DNA from: Amoebidium appalachense
Taxonomy: Eukaryota; Protista; Ichthyosporea
NCBI GenBank assembly: GCA_963693365.1
Contig: CAVNZM010000003.1
Coordinates: 2,072,768-2,136,767, forward strand
DNA length: 64,000 nt
Reading direction: 5' to 3'
Position numbers and translations under genes: made by a program. The notes beneath the pieces are model-generated. The model saw only the letters and a list, made by a program, of their open reading frames with translations. It searched no databases and was not told the origin of the DNA. Shown here in pieces: positions 56,607 through 64,000 of this stretch. Within the stretch, counting starts at the first letter, position 1, and every line of letters starts with the position of its first letter.

Positions 56607-57858
56607 CCCCCTCACACACCCACCTTTCTCCTCCTTTCCGTCCCCCCCACTCTCGCACCCGACCTTCTCCTCAAACCCCCAAACGCTGCGTTTTCAACGG
56701 AAATACACCTCGTTTACCCCCATCTTCCCCCCCCCTCCACTTCCCACAGCAACACATTCCGGGTTTGCACGCACTTCTCATTCCGGTGATGGACACATGG
56801 GCACCGGCAAAGGGCAGCAGTGGTGTGTCGATAGGCACTCCCGATAGATTAGTGCATCTGTGTGTAAACACCAGCAATTAGATCATGCCTTACCCCTCCC
56901 TCCCCCCCCCCCCTTTCCTTTTTCATTTCTCACTTCTTTCCTCTCCTCGAGTCAAACCCCCCCCCCCCCCCCCTTGCCCCCTCTTCCCCCCAACACATAT
57001 AGTACTACATGGTTTCTAATCCTTTTACCCTACATAAGGTCTGCTGTGTGGTGAGCACAACTGATGCTGGCAACGTGAAGCCGGGGCTACACGGGAGCGA
57101 CGTCCATAAGTGTCTCACAGGCCAAGTCGGCAACCACACTACCGAAATAACCCAACTCAATTATTCGTTTTACAAGTATCATGTGTTGCATTCTTTAGGA
57201 ACTTTGCTATTCAAGGGGCGACTTTGAGAAGTTCCAGCTTAGTCGTCAACACTCAATAGGCACAAAGATAGACACGAAAGCCAAGACAGCGGAATAAAGG
57301 GCAAAGGCACAGCTCCTTCGAAGTCTTCTTCTCGGCAAACCCAAGCCCAAGCCCAAGCCTCCCCCTCCCCCTCCCCCCCCCCCCCTTCTCCACCCACCCA
57401 ACGACACACGAGAGGAATATTACCAACGAACAAACATGTTAAACACAAAGAAGGTTAAACCAAGAACACTACCCACCCTGATTTTGCGCCGAATGCCCTT
57501 TGCCCCATGTCCAGCACCCACTGGGGGTGATATATGGGTATGTTCCTGCTTTTTGCTGCCTGTGGTGGATGAAATTTCATTGTTTTGAGGGGGGGGGGGG
57601 GGGGAGGGTTGGCGTTTGCATCGACTTTTTGCGCCAGACAAAGGCAAAAGGTGTGGTGGGGTAGCATTGCACCGGAAGGATCATGTGAAGGGAAGACAGA
57701 TTGATAGATATGTCAACAGCAAGAAAAAGGGGGAGGGGGGGGGGGGGGGGGCACGCAGGTAAAATAAAAATAAAAAGCCCAGTAGAGATGGTGTGTGTGT
57801 GTGCGCGCGCGTTGTGCATGTGGTGTGTGTGTGGGGGGGGGGGGGGGGGGGGGGGGGG

Positions 57859-57928
<70 letters not shown>

Positions 57929-58151
57929 TGGTGGTGGTGGTGGGGGAAGGGGGGGCATAGTATGTGGGACGGTGGTGTGGGCGCATGATGGAAGATGCTA
58001 GACGTGACTGCACCGATAAACCCCAAGGACACATACTTCATACAAGAAACTCGGAAGATTTCGGGCAGGTGAAAAAGGCTAAGAGCTCGAATAGGTGGAG
58101 CAACACCACGAGAAAATCCAAGAGCACACCCATGCCCCTTCCCTTTCTCCC

Positions 58152-58182
<31 letters not shown>

Positions 58183-58709
58183 ACACACACACACTGCTGC
58201 CTACCCAAATAAAACCATCCAAACTCTTCCCCAAAGCAGAAACTGAGATTACCTTCGCCTTTGTGGAGAATCTGGTGGTTGAAATTAGGTGTGTGCAGCT
58301 GGTCGTGAGGCATGCGCTGGTAGCCCCGCCCAATTCCTCAATACATCTGCTAAGTTGTTTCTGCATGCGAAAGGACACTTAGTAGAAAACCCTAGTCACC
58401 GAGGGGGGGGAAGGTGGGCATAGATGGGATCAAGCAGAGTTCATGTCCCAAAGGACCACAGAGCAACGTGGCCCTGGCAACAAAACAAAACAGAGAAAGG
58501 GGGGTGGAATGTTTGTGTGTTCAATAAACAGGTTTGTGCGTGGGCAGGGTGTGCTGGTGTATGTATGTGTGTGTTTAAGGGTATTTGTGGGTATGTGCAC
58601 GTGGTGTAAGGGGTGAGTTAGTCGTTTCAGGCATACAAACGGTACCAACCTTGTCCTCTGGTGAGAGGCCAGAGAAGGTTGCCAACATGTTTGCTGCCGG
58701 TGTTGACAT
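48530..58709 (-). CDS. Multi-BRCT protein, TopBP1/Rad4/Dpb11-like (three BRCT repeats seen); 3' end unresolved
   Basis: In-phase GT-AG exons 58650-58709, 58253-58360, 57477-57559, 56775-56857, 56319-56375, 55586-55733, 54625-54836, 53899-53977, 53227-53281, 52601-52667, 51518-51712, 50912-51033, 49893-50039, 49415-49518 and one starting at 48708. BRCT motifs: FSGLSPEDK...LGG...CTHLI...PQWVLD; PFAGAHVSITG...LGG...CTHLV...PDWLTHS; FLRDCQVHLSGF...AGA...VTHIVV...QWLVDS. Confidence 0.85.
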
Positions 58710-58926
58710 CTGCAAGAGAACAGAAAATTTTCAGAAACTCTGCTACCCTCTCTATGCAAAAGGCAAAAACCTGTGTTTGGGCCCCTCACCACCGGGTCCT
58801 CGATTTTCCACCTGTCTTAGTTTTCGCAGATGTTGACCTCAAGAGGCTAGTAGTTCAAAAGGCCGGCAGTTATCTTCCCGCGTATGCAAACTAGGAAGCG
58901 GGAAAATATGATGTCAGTCGAACGGG

Positions 58927-58990
58927 CTTATAGCTGGCGTGTTGCACACACACACATGCTTATAGCTGGCGTGTTGCACACACACACACA
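58927..58990. repeat. ~30-bp direct tandem repeat, 2 copies
   Basis: gcttatagctggcgtgttgcacacacacac occurs twice, ~220 bp upstream of the BRCT start codon. Confidence 0.8.
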
Positions 58991-59634
58991 CAGAGAGAGA
59001 GTTGTGTAAGCGTGCACGTAGGATTGCCAGGGCCAGATCTGCCGTTGGGTTCAAGAGATGAAAAGACATAACCTCTGGTTCACTGGCTTTGAAACAGTAC
59101 GGGCTGAAAACGTTACAATTTTTGCTGCGTTTGTGCGTGTGTTTGTGTACATGCGTGCGTGCGCGTGCGTTTCTGTGTGGGGGCGATGCATGTGTGCGGC
59201 TGTGTGTCTGTGCCTGCCCGTGGTGTATGCGCCCTGTTATTCGTGTGCGTGTATACTTGTAAATACATGCCTATTTCACTGAATCTGGATCGTATTTATA
59301 AAGCTCTGGATGTTAAAAAGATGTGCGAGTGGCGAGCATTAGCTCTGCCTAGGTCCTCCTTCACCCATCACACACCAGCAAAGGAAACATCTACCCAGCT
59401 TACCTTCGTAGTAAAGCAGCTTCTGTCAACAAGGGCTTGTCCATGCGCTGAACATGTGTGCGCAAACCTGTTCTTTACAAGGGCCACACTCTCTCTATTT
59501 AGACAGAGAACTTCTAGAATCACGAGAATCACGGTGAACCAAAAACTTCTAACTTACGCCCATAAGGTAGGCCAATGTGCACCCATCACCTGTATTATCT
59601 GTATTTACATATATACAGACGTGTATGTATAAAC

Positions 59635-59716
<82 letters not shown>

Positions 59717-62115
59717 ACACACACACAATATATATATATACGTATACATGTACCGCCCCACCTACAACAGTTCACAAAAACTCGCACAGCTCATTGCTCA
59801 ACAGAGTGAACAGAGTCTGGTTCAAGCCTTTGCCGGGAAATCGCTGTTTGAATTCAAAAAATGGCGCGCTTTTCATGCCACCGCGGGTCGATTCGAATCG
59901 ATGCAAACTATGACTCGAATCGAGAAAGAAATCTTGATCAGTCTCTCGCGCGGTATGTGACCGTCTCGCCCAGGCTGCCAGGGTGTGAAAAGATTTTTCC
60001 CCTCCCCCAACTGGTTCGCAACACCGCCCCTACGTAGGTGGGGCTTCGACCGGCCTAACTGAGCAAGTTTTACGTATTTCTCTTGCTACAGCAGTTGTTT
60101 AAATGTTTAAAACCAGGTATAGTGTCATGCCTTTTTGCGCATATTTGTAGCTTGCATCGGATCAAATGATGCATACCGATTTGCCCCATATGTGCCGCTT
60201 GAGCCTCAAGCCTATATCAACAGAGTTCGAACTTCATTGTGGTAAACCTTTCCAATATACACGGTGGTTTAATTTCGGAAACTCGGATATTTATATCAGC
60301 ACTCTCTGCATATGCATATACCACTGATAAAAATAGCACATGCTTACAAGCAGCGTTAACAATATGTACGCCAGACGTGTTCATAATGACCGTTCATTGA
60401 CCATCGCAGACATCTGTCCTCTTCACTTTCTGACTGTCTGAGGCTTTTAGAATAGGTCTTTATAAAACAATAAAAAAATTAGTTATATGGCTTTCGGTGC
60501 GAATCGATCGCCAATGCCATGCTCCAAGATCATGGTCCTGAAACTGAGCACTGATCACGCTCTGGCTCAGGGCCGCCATCCGTAAGCGTGTAGCGGGCCG
60601 GGGTCCGGCAGCCTGCAGGCTAGCCAAGCCGTGACTTCTAATGTGCCCTATTCTAATACTGAAGAAAGACAATAATAAAACTTTTGCAAATCCATTTTAA
60701 GCGTCCCGCATGGATTGTTACTTGTAGATCTTACATAGCATTTTTAGTAGGGGGCTTCAAGCCAATCAATACATACTATTGCTTGCATTCCGCAAGATTT
60801 ATCATGTGCTTGCAAACCGTTGTGTATCGCTATATCATTGTAAAAATTAGAGCTTAAACATCTGTTTTACAACTCAGCACTTCCAATATAATGATAGATT
60901 TATTTTATGTAGTATTCTCTTTTGAAATCAAATACTCCTCACCAAGTAATTCATAGAACTCTTAGAGACCGGTTGCGCCGCATGCGCACTCTCGGTGCAA
61001 ATTTGCCTCGCTCCGTTTAGGAAGCCTGGATGGCTAGTGGATGGCCGCGGCCGCAGGATGGTATCCTCAGGAATATGGCATTATTTCAATAATAGAGGCT
61101 AAAGTAAAGACTATCTTGATATTCAATCCTTATAAATCATGAATAAACATTGTAAAGGCCTGAAAAGTAATAATAAATAGCCACGTACTTTGACGAGAGT
61201 CTCTCGGACACAGTATGTGTATTTTCCTGTGGTTTGATTAGCAATCTATTTGGCATTTCCAATTGGTTTACGCAGAGGCGGGTAAATGATATCGGGCATT
61301 CCTTCATTCCTTGTAAAGCCTGTAATTCCGTTTGGGTTATTGTACATAGATTCGTTTATTCGTAATGTGGTGTGGTGTAAAAACGCAAAGATGATTATGG
61401 CTTGGCGGTGTAATCGGTTTCTGGTGTCTCCTGCTCGTATGTGTAATATGTGTGGGGGGCGGTCTACTCGCGGATGCATACCTATCAATAAGTGTAACCT
61501 GTTAGCTAACGTACTGTAGGGCTACCTTTCGCGTATGGTTATTGCGGAAAAAAGGTTAGCACGTTTTAGCTAAAAGATCGGTAAAATCGATAATATATAT
61601 ATGCGCATGCAATTCGTAATAGAATCGGAGGTTATTGGCGGTTCTATTCTCTTTTCTCCCTCTCTTCCTCAATATATCCGTTTTAAATTAACTATCCTAG
61701 ATCACCTTATTAATGCTGCACAGTATGATATTGTGATACGGTTCCTCAACTTTCTTTCGGAGCTACCGATGCTAGCCTCTGCTTACCCATAATATGTACA
61801 AGTAGGGGTGTCGTATACTACGATGGCATTGGCGCTAATTGTTGCCTAGCATGTACATATGTCACTAGCTGCATTTGATTGGCTGCGCTGGAAAACGCCG
61901 TAGGCCGTCGAGTGTGGCTGGGCCCCCGGCACTGGCAGTGTCCACGCAATAAAAAGTGTGTAAACCCCCGCGTTATTGTCATAAACATTTTTGACACCCA
62001 TCTATATATCCAGTTTTGTTGTCAACTGTAACTAAAGCAAGATCAGCTTTTAGTATACATTGAAAGATGATGAAATTCTATGAAATATTTATAACGTACC
62101 TATATTTGTCTTCTT

Positions 62116-62156
<41 letters not shown>

Positions 62157-64000
62157 CTGCATCATGACAATGCCTTCACATGTGATCGATCATCGATCAC
62201 GGCGCCTTTAAAAATTTGCTTTTGATGGCCTTTTGATCGATCTCGATCACGCACGCCCCGCCGATTTGCAACAGGCTGGATATACCGTACTGGCCGAGCG
62301 CCGGATGCTAGTAGCTGAAGAACGCAAAAAAAAAAAAAAAAAAAAAAAAGGGAAAAGGTAACGGAAACCTTGTGACAAGACGCTGGGTTAGTTTTTCTTA
62401 GAACAAGGGTGATGGTGTTTTGGAGATATATACACTTGAACGTGGCAGACGTAGGTTCCCACATAGAGTTAGAAATAGCCCGCAACCTTGACAGCGCCCA
62501 TAAAACAGTGACCAAAAGGGCTTAGGCGAACTCAAGTTTAGCTTTTTGTTGCGGTTTTGATGCCGACCAACTCGTATTATTCCTTCCGGACGAACTTTAG
62601 GCGCGTGTGCAGAGCTCAGGCTAGGTTGAAGCAATTATTTCTCTGTGAAGACCAACTTGAAGTGGTATATACCCGTGAACTGTCTTATTTTGATCGTACG
62701 GGGACCTTTTCTATAGCTTAGAGCTGGTGCACGTTGGCTAGAGCCTTCAGCGTTTTACGCCGATTGTTAAGGTATTGTCGTCCGGTTCATTGATTGTGAC
62801 ATTTCCAATGCTGTGATTGACTGGCCTGCGAATTGCCCCATAAGCACAAACAGAGGTGGGTGTTTGATGTTTTGCAGCATCCTTCCCTTTACCTGCTGAC
62901 GCGAGCTTTTCCTTGCGTTAATTAGGTGATTAGGGTTGTGGGGAGGTGTCGGAACATTTCAAGGCTTCATTTATGCCCTTTCACCTTTGTATTTTGAGAG
63001 TCCCCCCCCCCCCCCCTCCCCCTCCCCCCCTCCCCTTTCCTTTCCCACACAAACGCACACACACACACACACACATACATGTACACATTTTCACTGCACC
63101 TGAGACTTTTTCGAAGGGGTCTTAGTCAAATCAGCTGTTAACAGTACATCGTAGATGCCCCCAGGAACAAATCTACCATTGTTGCTATCCCCCAACTCCT
63201 CTTTCTCCATTTTATGCCCGTTTCCTGCTTGTGCTCTCCAACTGGCTGTACAGAGCTTGTTTGCCTCGTTATGTTCACACTTCGTTTTTCTTGCTGTGGG
63301 CTGAGGGGCGACTCCCTGTCACTCGAATCTCTTCATCCAGCCCTCTTTATATTGAAGCGGAAGTGACCAACTTTCTGCTTGACTTCTTCCTCTTGTCGTA
63401 CAAAATTTTACGCAAGTAGGACCCCCACATTTTTCCTTCTTACGGGATCGTCTATACATGGTTTCCACCTAGCCCATTGGAAGAGGTCCCCCATTTTCTA
63501 CTTTTAGTCCTTTTCACTTCCATGCTGCCACCCTTTCAAGTAGTTTGCTGTTGGTTACTGGTTTTCGCCATGTGGCTTGAAACGTATACGTCTGGGCCGG
63601 CTACCTCTGTCTCCTCCCCCCCCCCTCCCTGCCCCCTCCCCCCCCTCTCCGTTGTCCCTAACACCCCACTCACCTCCCCCATCGTCAAACAGACGTGTGA
63701 GGAGGGTGAACCTTCTAATTGGGTGGATTAATGCCTCTATTACGTCGCACGCTTGCCGGTTGCCTTCACTTACATTCTTGCAATTTTACCACATGTTGTG
63801 ATCGCATGCTTGGGCTTTATCTTTCCACGGGGACTTTGCCATACCCGCAAGGAGAGCTGGAGCTTTCATGGAAGCATGTGGTGGTAGTGGTGGTGGTGGT
63901 GGTGTAGGGAGGGGAGGGGGGGGGGGTAGCCTGCCGTGTGTGAATGCACTGCAAGAAAAGGAGACACCACGGTTGACCGGCACTGAGCGATTAGGTGTGG

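Noticed and set aside
56380-56785. Non-canonical GA donor in the BRCT gene
   Set aside because: Canonical GT-AG splicing (56775 to 56375) gives TGMRKARRTEAAEAIVRLGG, which has the correct BRCT spacing.
63100-63560. Purine-rich minus-strand sequence that looks coding
   Set aside because: Stops in all three frames and no recognisable motif.

Overview
Eukaryotic nuclear DNA from an intron-rich, microsatellite-saturated genome. A unicellular opisthokont/holozoan (ichthyosporean-like) origin is my inference from protein similarity and intron style, not established. Almost all ORF-track entries are artefacts of (CA)n/(GT)n and C/G homopolymers, so genes were spliced by hand. Contents: (1) the 3' part of a Ser/Thr protein kinase (+, 53-4099); (2) an orphan, intron-free 769-aa ORF (-); (3) a complete 20-exon, 574-aa dihydroxyacetone kinase/triokinase (-, 13178-29223); (4) a ~15.5-kb mosaic island (29.4-45 kb) holding a DIRS-like retroelement (RT frameshifted at the catalytic DD motif; RNase H fused to a recombinase binding domain with no catalytic domain; flanked by a perfect 53-bp direct repeat), a decayed Polinton/adintovirus-like pPolB N-terminus, a TRANK1-like fragment containing a MITE, and a frameshifted class C GPCR; (5) a TopBP1/Dpb11-like multi-BRCT gene (-, ~48.5-58.7 kb). 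The strongest window-wide signal is intron architecture: (CA)n or C-runs sit on the sense strand directly against many 3' splice sites, and many introns carry complementary C/CA and G/GT blocks at opposite ends. Family assignments come from recalled motifs; no database searches were run.
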